Source: Pseudomonadaceae bacterium (GTDB lineage Bacteria > Pseudomonadota > Gammaproteobacteria > Pseudomonadales > Pseudomonadaceae). From it: a DNA stretch of 64,000 bases. Positions 1 to 8,797 of the stretch are shown here, in pieces; within the stretch, counting starts at the first letter, position 1, and every line of letters starts with the position of its first letter. Location: contig REBY01000044.1 of assembly GCA_007692485.1 (NCBI GenBank), forward strand, positions 1,241 through 65,240. Reading direction: 5' to 3'. The notes beneath the pieces are model-generated. The model did not search any database. It had not been told where the DNA came from and saw only the letters and a list, made by a program, of their open reading frames with translations. Position numbers and translations under genes: made by a program.

Positions 1-97
1 GCTGGCGCGCAAAACATTGATTGAACAGTGCAACGTAAGCAGTGCCAACGTGCGGATCGCCGGTGGGTGACGGAGCAATACGGGTACGAACGGTCAT
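1..97 (-). CDS. gltX: glutamate--tRNA ligase, first 32 codons only (gene runs off the window start)
   Basis: Reverse-strand translation from ATG at 97-95 gives [32 protein letters not shown]. This is the class I HIGH-region N-terminus typical of GltX. Confidence 0.8.
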   Translation of the reverse strand, partial: MTVRTRIAPSPTGDPHVGTAYVALFNQCFARQ

Positions 98-175
98 GAC
101 ATCTCTCTACTGGTGGGCCTGCGCCGGACAGGGCGATGGCGGCATTCTACCTGAGCCGGAGCGCCGCTTGAATCC

Positions 176-1096
176 TCAGTTAATCAACGCCAGCAGTTCA
201 TCGTCGAGACCAAGGTTGACGCGCTCTTCCAGGCGAGCAATGACAAAGTCGATAAACGCCTTGACCTTCATCGACTGGAAGCGCCGCGAGGGATAAAGGG
301 CATAGAGCTCGCTGCAAGGCAATGTGCAATGCTCCAAGAGCCGACAAAGCTTGCCTTCTTCCACGTGTTGGTCAGCAATAAAACCCGGCACATTGATAAT
401 GCCAGCTCCGGCAATCGCTGCTTCTCGGGCAAAGGTAATATTGTTGACGGTCAACACCGGGTTGATGTTGACGCTGACATCCGGCTCATCAAAACGCCAC
501 TTGCGGCTGCTGTCCATGACGGTATGAATACAACGATGCTGCATCAATTCCTGGGGGGTTTCCGGCGTACCGTTATCACGTAAATACTGCGGGCTGGCAA
601 ACAGTTGGCGCGGACTGGCCATCATCGGGCGGGCAACCAGGCTGGAATCCTGCGGACGACCGCGATGAATAACCACATCGACGCCCTCTTCAACCGGATC
701 AATCACCCGGGTGGTTAAATCCACTTCCACTTGAATCGCCGGGTAGCGGCACATGAATTCACCCACCACGCCACCCAGAAACAGCTGACCGAACTCGATC
801 GGCGAACTCACCCGTAACAGACCGGTCGGCTCGCTCTGCAACTGCATGATCGCCTGCTCGGCCTCGGCAAACTCCTGCATGATCTGGCGGCAGCGCTCGT
901 AATAGGCCTGGCCGACTTCCGTTAGCCGCAGCTTACGCGTGGTGCGGTTGAGCAAGCGCACGCCTAGCCGTTCTTCCAGTTGCACAATCCGCCGGCTGAC
1001 GGTGGATTTCTGCATCCCCAGCGTGGTTGCCGCACTGGTAAAACTGTGGCACTCGACCACGCGGGTAAAAATCAGCGCATCATCCAGACCCATCAT
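176..1096 (-). CDS. LysR-family transcriptional regulator
   Basis: N-terminal wHTH FTSAATTLGMQKSTVSRRIVQLEERLGVRLLNRTTR followed by a LysR substrate-binding fold. AGGAG lies 4 nt before the ATG at 1096, whereas the ORF-track start at 1129 lacks an SD. The gene is divergent from the efflux pair. Confidence 0.9.
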   Translation of the reverse strand: MMGLDDALIFTRVVECHSFTSAATTLGMQKSTVSRRIVQLEERLGVRLLNRTTRKLRLTEVGQAYYERCRQIMQEFAEAEQAIMQLQSEPTGLLRVSSPIEFGQLFLGGVVGEFMCRYPAIQVEVDLTTRVIDPVEEGVDVVIHRGRPQDSSLVARPMMASPRQLFASPQYLRDNGTPETPQELMQHRCIHTVMDSSRKWRFDEPDVSVNINPVLTVNNITFAREAAIAGAGIINVPGFIADQHVEEGKLCRLLEHCTLPCSELYALYPSRRFQSMKVKAFIDFVIARLEERVNLGLDDELLALIN

Positions 1097-1243
1097 ACTG
1101 CTCCTGTTACTGTTCCCTGAGTGCAACAAAGTTTCCAGATTCTAAACTCTATATAGACATGCGGGACAGTGCTAGTGTTTAGCCAGCAGCGAAAATGCCC
1201 CCGGGCATATTAAATCAAATAACAATCATTATCAGGTAAATCC

Positions 1244-2278
1244 GTGTCCGCTCGCGTCCGTCTTCGTCTTTTGGGTTTTTTCTTCCTCGTGCTGCTAGCG
1301 CTGATCAGCTATGGCAGCTATTGGTGGCTGATAGGCCAACATTTCACCAGTACCAACAATGCCTACGTACAGGCGGACATTACCCGTGTCAGCAGCCAAC
1401 TGCATGGTCAAGTCAGCGAGATTCTGGTGACTGACAATCAACCGGTACAGCGCGGCGATATTCTGCTTCGGCTGGACCCTCGCGACCACCAATTAGCCCT
1501 GCGCCGTGCCCAAGCGCGTTACGCTGCCACCGAAGCGGCGGTTGCTCAGGTGCGTTCGCGCCTGGCCCAGCAAGACAGCCTATTAGCGGCTGCCGGAGCC
1601 GGCGTGACGGCGCGGGCAGCAGAACAACAGCGCTACCAGAATGATCTGGAGCGTCTCGCGCCCTTATTACGCTCAGGCTATGCCGCTGTCGAACAACAAA
1701 GCACCTTGCAAGCCAACCTCGCCGTAGCCCGCGCACAACAGCAGCAAGCCGAGGCCGAACTCACCACCCAGCGTCTGGCCGCGGCCAGCCTGGAAGCCGA
1801 GCTGGAACAACTGGCTGCTGAACTGCAAGCCATTGCCAGCGATATCGATCAGGCACAATTGAATATCGAGCGCAGTGACGTGCGCGCCGCCATCGATGGC
1901 ATCATTGGCCAACGGCATGTACGCCTTGGTCAGAGCGTGCAACCGGGGCAACACCTGCTCGCCCTGGTACCACCCGCTCAGCAATGGATCCAGGCCAACT
2001 TCAAGGAAACCCAGATCAGCCGTATGCGCCCTGGCCAGAGTGTGCGCCTGACACTGGACGCCTACCCCGGTGAACCTATCGACGGGCACATCGACAGTTT
2101 GTTCCCGGCCGCTGGTTCACAATTCAGTCTGCTGCCGGCGGATAATGCCAGTGGCAACTTCACCAAGGTAGTGCAGCGGATTCCGGTCAAAATCTTGCCT
2201 GATCCGGCGCACCCTTTGAGCACCAAAATGCGCCCCGGCATGTCAGTCACGGTACGAGTCGACTTGCGTGAGCACTGA
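1244..2278 (+). CDS. HlyD/EmrA-type membrane fusion protein of an MFS efflux pump
   Basis: N-terminal TM segment, long Ala/Gln-rich coiled coil, and the conserved C-terminal GNFTKVVQRIPVKI motif of EmrA-like adaptors. GTG start. Overlaps the next gene by 11 nt. Confidence 0.9.
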   Translation: MSARVRLRLLGFFFLVLLALISYGSYWWLIGQHFTSTNNAYVQADITRVSSQLHGQVSEILVTDNQPVQRGDILLRLDPRDHQLALRRAQARYAATEAAVAQVRSRLAQQDSLLAAAGAGVTARAAEQQRYQNDLERLAPLLRSGYAAVEQQSTLQANLAVARAQQQQAEAELTTQRLAAASLEAELEQLAAELQAIASDIDQAQLNIERSDVRAAIDGIIGQRHVRLGQSVQPGQHLLALVPPAQQWIQANFKETQISRMRPGQSVRLTLDAYPGEPIDGHIDSLFPAAGSQFSLLPADNASGNFTKVVQRIPVKILPDPAHPLSTKMRPGMSVTVRVDLREH

Positions 2279-3818
2279 TCCACTTCCCGACTTGCGGCCG
2301 GAACATATTCCACCCCCCACCCGGCGTGACTGGATCGCCATCCTGGCGGCGATCCTTGGCGCCTTTATGGCGATCCTGGATATCCAGATCGTCAATGCAT
2401 CGTTGAAGGAAATTCAGGGCGCCTTATCGGCCACGCTGGAGGAAGGCTCGTGGATTTCCTCTTCCTACCTGGTGGCCGAGGTCGTGGTGATTCCTCTGGC
2501 CGCCTGGCTGACCGTGGTGATGTCACCCCGGCGCTTTGCCGTCAGTGTATCGGTGCTCTTTGTCATTGCTTCACTGCTCTGTTCAATGGCCTGGAGCCTG
2601 GAAAGCATGGTGGCTTTTCGAGTCTTGCAAGGACTGGCCGGCGGTGCACTCATCCCTTTTGCTTTTACTTTGGTGTTAACCAAGCTGCCTCTGGAAACGC
2701 GGCCCAAAGGTATGGCACTGTTTGCCATCACCGCGACCTTTGCCCCCTCGATTGGCCCGGCCATGGGCGGCTGGCTGACCGAACACTTTGGCTGGGAGTA
2801 TATTTTCTACATCAACGTCATTCCCGGTGCTTTGATGGTCGCGGGCCTGCTCTATGGTCTGGACAAGCAACCCCCGCGCTGGGAGTTGCTGCGCCAGGGT
2901 GATTACGCCGGCATCCTGACCATGCTTATCGGTCTGGGCTGCCTGTTGGTATTTCTTGAAGAGGGCTACCGCGAAGACTGGTTCGAATCCACCCTGATGC
3001 GGGTATTGGCATTGATCGCCTTTGTCAGCCTGGTGACTTTCGTGATTTTGCAATTATCGCGCGACAATCATCTGGTCAACCTGCGCTTGTTCAGTGAACG
3101 CAATTTTTTGCTTGGCAGCCTGGCCAACATCGGCCTGGGCGTGGGCCTGTTTGGTACTATTTTCATTCTGCCGTTGTATCTGGCTCAGGTGCAGGCCTAT
3201 ACGCCGCTGCAGATCGGCCAGGTGATCATGTGGATGGGGCTGCCGCAACTACTGGTCATCCCGCTGGTGCCCCTGCTTATGCGGCATATGGATGCCCGCT
3301 GGGTCTGTGCCTGCGGCTTTCTGCTGTTTGCTACCGCCAGCTTTCTCAGTGGTCGTCTGAATCTGGATTTTGCCGGTGACCAATTGTTGGCCATCCAGAT
3401 CATACGGGCACTGGGCCAGCCTATGATTCTGGTCCCGCTATCGATTCTGGCCACCGCGATGATACCGCCCTCCCAGGCCGGCTCTGCTTCTACGCTCTAT
3501 AACATCTTGCGCAATATCGGTGGCGCTCTGGGAATTGCCCTGCTGGCGACCTTGCTGGATAACCGCAGCAGTGTGTATTACGAACACTTGCGCGTGCATA
3601 TATATCCCGGCAATCCGGAGCTGAACGAGCGCCTGACCATTCTGCAGGCACAACTCGGCAGCGAGCAGGCGGCCCTGCAAGCCTTGCAAAACCAGGTCAT
3701 GCAACAAGCACAGATTCTTGCCTATAACGATGCCTTCCACTTTATCGGCGGTATGCTGGCTTTCTCGGTGGCCTGCATACTGCTGACCAAAGCCTTGCCG
3801 AAAAATCCGCACCCATGA
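2268..3818 (+). CDS. DHA2-family (EmrB/QacA-like) MFS efflux permease, 14-TM type
   Basis: 516 aa polytopic protein with MFS motifs (LQGLAGGALIP) and the DHA2 size class. Translationally coupled to the upstream adaptor. Confidence 0.9.
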   Translation: MSTDPLPDLRPEHIPPPTRRDWIAILAAILGAFMAILDIQIVNASLKEIQGALSATLEEGSWISSSYLVAEVVVIPLAAWLTVVMSPRRFAVSVSVLFVIASLLCSMAWSLESMVAFRVLQGLAGGALIPFAFTLVLTKLPLETRPKGMALFAITATFAPSIGPAMGGWLTEHFGWEYIFYINVIPGALMVAGLLYGLDKQPPRWELLRQGDYAGILTMLIGLGCLLVFLEEGYREDWFESTLMRVLALIAFVSLVTFVILQLSRDNHLVNLRLFSERNFLLGSLANIGLGVGLFGTIFILPLYLAQVQAYTPLQIGQVIMWMGLPQLLVIPLVPLLMRHMDARWVCACGFLLFATASFLSGRLNLDFAGDQLLAIQIIRALGQPMILVPLSILATAMIPPSQAGSASTLYNILRNIGGALGIALLATLLDNRSSVYYEHLRVHIYPGNPELNERLTILQAQLGSEQAALQALQNQVMQQAQILAYNDAFHFIGGMLAFSVACILLTKALPKNPHP

Positions 3819-3837
3819 CAGAAAGTGTCATTTTTAT
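3816..3837 (+). terminator. weak intrinsic terminator after the MFS pump gene
   Basis: ATGAC-agaaagt-GTCAT followed by TTTTTATT. The stem is only 5 bp. Confidence 0.35.
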
Positions 3838-3929
3838 TGAGCATAATCAGCGAGAAAATGTGGAACAAAGCTGGCCCAGGCGTTAGCATCGACATGAAGT
3901 TGTAAAATATTTTCTACAGGACTGCCAGC

Positions 3930-5213
3930 ATGAGTCAAACCGAGCACACCACGTCCTATTACGCCGCATCGGCCAATCCGAGCCCTGAGCGCCCGCCGCT
4001 TCGAGGCAACACACAAACCGATGTATGCATCATTGGCGCGGGCTTTACTGGTATTTCAGCCGGCCTGTTTCTCGCCGAACAAGGTTTCAAGGTGACGGTG
4101 CTGGAAAGTGCCCGGGTTGGGTGGGGTGCGTCTGGGCGCAACGGTGGGCAGATCGTCAACAGTTACAGCCGTGATATCGATGTTATCGAGCGCACCACCT
4201 CCCCCGAACATGCCGCCCTGCTCGGCCAGATGGCTTTTGAGGGCGCGCGCATCATCCGTGAGCGAGTGGCGCAATACAACATCCAGTGTGACCTCAAGGA
4301 TGGCGGTATTTTCGCCGCACTGACCGACAAGCAGCTGGGTCACCTGGAGCAACAGCAGCGGCTGTGGGAGCGTTATGGCAATGATCAGCTGAGCTTGCTT
4401 GACCAGTCGGCGCTTGCCCAGCGCGTCGGCAGTTCACGCTACGTCGGCGGCTTGCTGGACATGAGTGGCGGCCATATCCACCCACTCAACCTGGTACTGG
4501 GAGAAGCTGCTGCCCTGGAGTCGTTGGGAGGCGTTATCCACGAACAATCAGCCGCCATCCGCGTGGAACAAGGCCAGCAGCCGGTCGTACATACCGCAGA
4601 AGGTCAGGTGACTGCCCGCTTTGTCATCGTTGCCGGCAATGCCTACCTGGGCAACCTGATTCCGCAACTGGCGGCCAAATCAATGCCCTGTGGTACCCAG
4701 GTCATTACCACAGAAGTGCTCGATGCCCAGTTGGCCCACAGCCTGCTGCCCGAGGATGACTGCGTGGAAGATTGCAATTACCTGCTCGACTACTACCGCC
4801 TGACCGCTGACCGCCGACTGGTCTATGGCGGTGGGGTTAGTTACGGGGCACGTGACCCGGCCAATATCGAAGCCCTGATCCGGCCCAATATGCTGAAGAC
4901 CTTTCCGCAGCTGGAAAACGTCAAAATCGACTACGCCTGGACGGGTAATTTCCTACTGACGCTATCGCGACTGCCTCAGGTTGGCAGGCTGGGTGACAAT
5001 ATTTACTACTCGCAAGGCTGTAGTGGGCATGGCGTTACCTACACCCACCTGGCCGGCAAAATAGTGGCCGAAGCCCTGCGTGGCCAGGCTGAACGCTTCG
5101 ATGCGTTCGCCAGCCTGCCACATTACCCGTTTCCGGGGGGCCGCCTGCTTCGCGTACCCTTTACCGCAATGGGCGCCTGGTATTATCAAATGCGGGACAA
5201 ATTCGGTTTTTAG
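3930..5213 (+). CDS. FAD-dependent oxidoreductase, PuuB/PauB (gamma-glutamylamine oxidase)-like
   Basis: Rossmann motif DVCIIGAGFTGISAGLFLAEQG and DAO-family length (427 aa). Sits where pauB3 sits next to PA2778/79 in P. aeruginosa, as I recall it. Confidence 0.85.
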   Translation: MSQTEHTTSYYAASANPSPERPPLRGNTQTDVCIIGAGFTGISAGLFLAEQGFKVTVLESARVGWGASGRNGGQIVNSYSRDIDVIERTTSPEHAALLGQMAFEGARIIRERVAQYNIQCDLKDGGIFAALTDKQLGHLEQQQRLWERYGNDQLSLLDQSALAQRVGSSRYVGGLLDMSGGHIHPLNLVLGEAAALESLGGVIHEQSAAIRVEQGQQPVVHTAEGQVTARFVIVAGNAYLGNLIPQLAAKSMPCGTQVITTEVLDAQLAHSLLPEDDCVEDCNYLLDYYRLTADRRLVYGGGVSYGARDPANIEALIRPNMLKTFPQLENVKIDYAWTGNFLLTLSRLPQVGRLGDNIYYSQGCSGHGVTYTHLAGKIVAEALRGQAERFDAFASLPHYPFPGGRLLRVPFTAMGAWYYQMRDKFGF

Positions 5214-5291
5214 CGGTTTTAGTGATTCAAGCGTATCTGGCGTCAAAAATCAGCTATGCTTCATAACACCAACAGCAAAGGAGTGAACCTG

Positions 5292-5693
5292 ATGTCCTAT
5301 ATGTATTCGATCAAGCGTTACATGGCAGTCATTCTGTCTGTGGTATTCCTGCTCGGCAGCATCACCACCGCGTATGCCCAGCCAAGCATGATCGGTACCC
5401 ACGAAGTGGTCGCTGAACAACAAATGAACGTTGACCGTGACGCGCTTATCGCCATGCTCGATGAAGGCGAAGTTCAGGACAAGCTGGCCAGCATGGGCGT
5501 TTCGCCTGAGCAGGTTGAGCAGCGGATCAACAGCCTGACTGCAGCCGAACTGGCTGAATTCAATCAGCAACTGGAGAATGCGCCGGCAGGTGCCGGGGTC
5601 ATCGGTGTGATAGTGCTCTTCCTGTTGGTATTCATCATTACCGACATGCTCTGCGCGACCAATATCTATAACTTCATTAACTGCGTGCGTTAA
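5292..5693 (+). CDS. small exported/membrane-anchored protein, PA2779-family-like
   Basis: AAGGAG at 5278-5283 lies 8 nt before the ATG at 5292. Signal peptide ends AYA/QP, then a helical acidic domain. The C-terminal hydrophobic segment is VIGVIVLFLLVFIITDML, followed by CATNIYNFINCVR. Confidence 0.75.
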   Translation: MSYMYSIKRYMAVILSVVFLLGSITTAYAQPSMIGTHEVVAEQQMNVDRDALIAMLDEGEVQDKLASMGVSPEQVEQRINSLTAAELAEFNQQLENAPAGAGVIGVIVLFLLVFIITDMLCATNIYNFINCVR

Positions 5694-5712
5694 GCAGCTA
5701 GCGAAGACCACA

Positions 5713-5745
5713 CTCAGGGGCGCCATGCGCCCCTGAGTGCTTTTC
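5713..5745 (+). terminator. strong hairpin plus U-tract between the small protein gene and the peptidase gene (terminator/attenuator)
   Basis: CTCAGGGGCGC-cat-GCGCCCCTGAG (11-bp perfect stem) followed by TGCTTTTC. Confidence 0.7.
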
Positions 5746-5763
5746 AATCAGGACACTCCCCTC

Positions 5764-6729
5764 ATGTTGCTTCCCACACTGCCCACGCTGCGCCTGGTCG
5801 CGCTGCTTGGCACATTGTTACTGCTCGCTGCCTGTGCTGGCCGCGGCCCGCTATTGCCGGATGACAGCACCCTCAACGACCTGCCACGCCAGGTGCAACT
5901 TGATGTACCTTTTCATGCTCAGGATGAATACCAGTGCGGGCCGGCTGCCCTGGCTATGGTGTTCAATCATCACGGCCTGCCGGGCCATCCTGACCAATTG
6001 AAAGATCGGGTATATCTGCCAGAGCGTCAGGGCACCATTCAACTGGAAATGGTGGCTGCCAGCCGCGAACGCGACCTGGTTGCCTACCCGTTGGCTACCA
6101 ACCTGGAATCACTGCTCAGTGAACTGGCCGCCGGCCATCCGGTGTTGGTGATGCAGAACCTTGGGCTGAACTGGCTGCCGCAATGGCACTATGCAGTGGT
6201 GATCGGTTATGACCTGGATGCCGAGCATCTGATTGTGCACAGTGGCCTGAACCAGGCCCAGCAGGAATCCTTTGCGTTATTTATGCGCACTTGGGGTCGG
6301 GCTGATCATTGGGCCAGGGTGATGCTCCCCGCTGAACAGATCCCAGCGACAGCGGAACCCTTGCGCTACCTGTTGGCGGCCAGTGAGCTGGAGCAAACCG
6401 GTCGTTTGCTGGCTGCGGCCCAAGCCTATGAGACCGCCCAGCAGCAATGGCCGGATCAGCCCGGCGCCAGCTTTGGCCTGGGTAATATTGCCTGGGCCCA
6501 AGGACGTAATGCCGATGCCATCGACCATTTCAGGCAACTGGTCGATGACTTCCCTGACCTGGCCGCCGGCTGGAACAATCTGGCGGTAGCGCTGGAAAAC
6601 AGTGGCTGCCCCTTGAGTGCCGAACTGGTGCGGCAATGCGAAGAGAACGGGGTTGATTCTGAATTGGGCAATCGTGTGCAGAGAGATGAGAAAAACAGCC
6701 TGTGTCAGTTGCCTAAGCGGTGCAAATAA
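5764..6729 (+). CDS. C39-like cysteine peptidase lipoprotein with C-terminal TPR repeats (PA2778-family-like)
   Basis: Lipobox LLLAAC. Catalytic-type motif QDEYQCGPAALAMVFNHHG with a later WHYAVVIGYD (His). TPR-like AAQAYETAQQQWPDQPGASFGLGNIAWAQGRNADAIDHFRQLV. The ATG at 5764 is preferred because the ORF-track GTG at 5737 lies inside the terminator stem. Confidence 0.8.
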   Translation: MLLPTLPTLRLVALLGTLLLLAACAGRGPLLPDDSTLNDLPRQVQLDVPFHAQDEYQCGPAALAMVFNHHGLPGHPDQLKDRVYLPERQGTIQLEMVAASRERDLVAYPLATNLESLLSELAAGHPVLVMQNLGLNWLPQWHYAVVIGYDLDAEHLIVHSGLNQAQQESFALFMRTWGRADHWARVMLPAEQIPATAEPLRYLLAASELEQTGRLLAAAQAYETAQQQWPDQPGASFGLGNIAWAQGRNADAIDHFRQLVDDFPDLAAGWNNLAVALENSGCPLSAELVRQCEENGVDSELGNRVQRDEKNSLCQLPKRCK

Positions 6730-6773
6730 GCCACTAACACTGTCTGAAAGCTTGCTCTGATAGTGTGCATGGT

Positions 6774-6833
6774 GGCATTGGCAGCCCCCTGTGACAGACA
6801 CGCTACAAGCCGTCCCTGGGGCCTGCCAACACC
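6774..6833 (+). repeat. truncated copy (A) of the nested-palindrome repeat family
   Basis: Outer stem TTGGCAG (6778-6784) pairs with CTGCCAA (6823-6829). The core CAGACACGCTACAAGCCGTCCCTGGGG (6795-6821) matches 28522-28548 at 25 of 27 positions. Confidence 0.8.
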
Positions 6834-6992
6834 ACTTGATGGTACGTGCAAACTTACAGCACTTAAGGAAAGACTGATTAATTGCACAACCTCTAAAAGC
6901 TTGATTGGCGCTGATACGCAGAAACCGGTTAATCAGTATTTCCTTAATAGCACAGCACCCGATCTGAACACACTACGCAAAAAACAAGCCGA

Positions 6993-7021
6993 TTGGAGCG
7001 CAACCAGCGTGCTGTTATACT
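6993..7021 (+). promoter_or_regulatory. sigma70-type promoter for the ETF-QO gene
   Basis: TTGGAG-N17-TATACT, about 60 nt upstream of the GTG start. Confidence 0.5.
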
Positions 7022-7084
7022 AATTGGCTATTCGATCACGGAAGATCAACATTCAAATTGCCAGCCTAGATTAGGAGATAGCTT

Positions 7085-8752
7085 GTGGAACGCGAATTCA
7101 TGGAGTTTGACGTTGTCATCGTAGGTGCCGGCCCGTCTGGTCTTGCCGCTGCCTGTCGCTTGAAGAAAGAAGCCGCTGAATCCGGCCAGGACGTTAGCGT
7201 CTGCGTCGTCGAAAAAGGCTCGGAAGTCGGCGCCCACATTCTGTCTGGTGCCGTGTTCGAACCACGCGCCCTGGAAGAGCTGTTCCCCGACTGGAAAGAG
7301 CTCGGCGCGCCGCTTAATACGCCGGTTACCCGGGATGACATCTATTTGTTCAAAGATGCCGAAAAAGCCAGCAAACTGCCCGGTGTCCTGGTACCCAAGC
7401 CAATGCACAACGAGGGCAATTATATTATCTCCCTCGGCAACCTCTGCCGCTGGCTGGCAGAACAAGCGGAAAATCTCGGCGTTGAGGTCTATCCCGGCTT
7501 TGCCGCCCAAGAAGCACTGATTGATGAGAATGGCGTAGTACGCGGCATCATCACTGGCGACTTGGGTATTGACCGCGAAGGCAACCCCAAGCCTGGCATG
7601 CACACCCCAGGTATGGAGCTGCGCGCCAAGTACACCCTGTTTGCTGAAGGCTGCCGTGGCCACATCGGCAAGCAGCTGATCGCCAAGTACAAGCTCGACA
7701 GCGATGCAGATGCCCAGCATTACGGTATCGGCATCAAAGAACTGTGGGAAATCGATCCGGCCAAACACGAACCCGGTCTGGTTGTGCACACCGCCGGCTG
7801 GCCGCTGGATCTGATGAAAGGCGAAAACACCGGTGGTTCTTTTCTGTATCACATTGAAGACAACCAGGTAGTAGTCGGCCTGATCGTTGACCTGTCCTAC
7901 AGCAACCCGCACCTGTCGCCTTTTGATGAGTTCCAGCGTTACAAGCAGCACCCGGTCATCAAACAGCACCTTGAGGGCGGCAAGCGCATTGCCTACGGCG
8001 CGCGCGCCATCTGTAAAGGCGGGCACAATTCGTTGCCGAAGTCGGTCTTCCCTGGTGGCGCACTGATTGGTTGTGATCTGGGCACACTGAATGCGGCCAA
8101 GATCAAGGGCAGTCATACCGCCATGAAGTCTGGCATGCTAGCTGCTGACGCGGTGCTCAAAGCGCTGAAAGACGGCCGTGAAGGCGGTGACGAACTGAAC
8201 GAATATCCGGAACTGTTCAAAAACAGCTGGCTGTATGACGAACTGTTCCGCGCGCGTAACTTCAGCGCAGCAATTCACAAGTTCGGTACATTCATGGGTG
8301 GAGCGTTCAACTTTGTTGATCAGAACATCTTCGGTGGCAAGATTCCGGTTACCCTGCGTGACACCACGCCGGACTATGCCTGCATGAAGAAAGCCTCTGA
8401 GGCGCCGAAAATTGATTATCCGAAGCCCGATGGCGTGATCAGTTTTGACAAGCTGTCGTCTGTCTTCATGTCCAACACCAACCATGAAGAAGACCAGCCC
8501 GTTCACCTGACGCTGAAAGATGCCAGCGTGCCGCTGAACATCAACCTGCCGGAATACAATGAACCGGCGCAGCGCTATTGCCCTGCTGGCGTCTACGAAA
8601 TTGTGACGAGTGAAGAAAGCGGTGAGAAGAAGTTCCAGATCAATGCGCAGAACTGCGTGCATTGTAAGACCTGCGACATCAAGGATCCGTCGCAGAATAT
8701 CAACTGGATTGCACCGGAAGGCACTGGCGGCCCGAACTACCCCAACATGTAA
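7085..8752 (+). CDS. electron-transfer flavoprotein:ubiquinone oxidoreductase (ETF-QO)
   Basis: FDVVIVGAGPSGLAAA FAD motif and a C-terminal 4Fe-4S region (YCPAGVYE ... NCVHCKTCDIKDP). AGGAG lies 7 nt before the GTG at 7085. Confidence 0.95.
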   Translation: MEREFMEFDVVIVGAGPSGLAAACRLKKEAAESGQDVSVCVVEKGSEVGAHILSGAVFEPRALEELFPDWKELGAPLNTPVTRDDIYLFKDAEKASKLPGVLVPKPMHNEGNYIISLGNLCRWLAEQAENLGVEVYPGFAAQEALIDENGVVRGIITGDLGIDREGNPKPGMHTPGMELRAKYTLFAEGCRGHIGKQLIAKYKLDSDADAQHYGIGIKELWEIDPAKHEPGLVVHTAGWPLDLMKGENTGGSFLYHIEDNQVVVGLIVDLSYSNPHLSPFDEFQRYKQHPVIKQHLEGGKRIAYGARAICKGGHNSLPKSVFPGGALIGCDLGTLNAAKIKGSHTAMKSGMLAADAVLKALKDGREGGDELNEYPELFKNSWLYDELFRARNFSAAIHKFGTFMGGAFNFVDQNIFGGKIPVTLRDTTPDYACMKKASEAPKIDYPKPDGVISFDKLSSVFMSNTNHEEDQPVHLTLKDASVPLNINLPEYNEPAQRYCPAGVYEIVTSEESGEKKFQINAQNCVHCKTCDIKDPSQNINWIAPEGTGGPNYPNM

Positions 8753-8770
8753 GTTCAAACGCCTCTGAAA

Positions 8771-8797
8771 AGCCCGGCCACAGTGCCGGGTTTTTTA
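8771..8797 (+). terminator. intrinsic terminator of the ETF-QO gene
   Basis: CCCGGC-cacagt-GCCGGG followed by TTTTTT. Confidence 0.8.

Noticed and set aside
3865-3885. Possible sigma54 site TGGCCC-N-TTAGCA upstream of the PauB-like gene.
   Set aside because: GG and GC are 11 nt apart rather than 10, and the -12 region is poor.
6763-7023. 86-aa ORF filling the peptidase / ETF-QO spacer.
   Set aside because: It has no SD, Cys/Thr-rich odd composition, and spans the repeat element and the AT-rich promoter region.
7046-8116. 356-aa ORF antisense to the ETF-QO gene.
   Set aside because: The sense strand encodes an unmistakable ETF-QO with full-length motifs. The antisense translation is low-complexity (Ala/Gly/Val/Arg-rich) with no start signals. 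This is the usual artefact of GC3-rich coding DNA.
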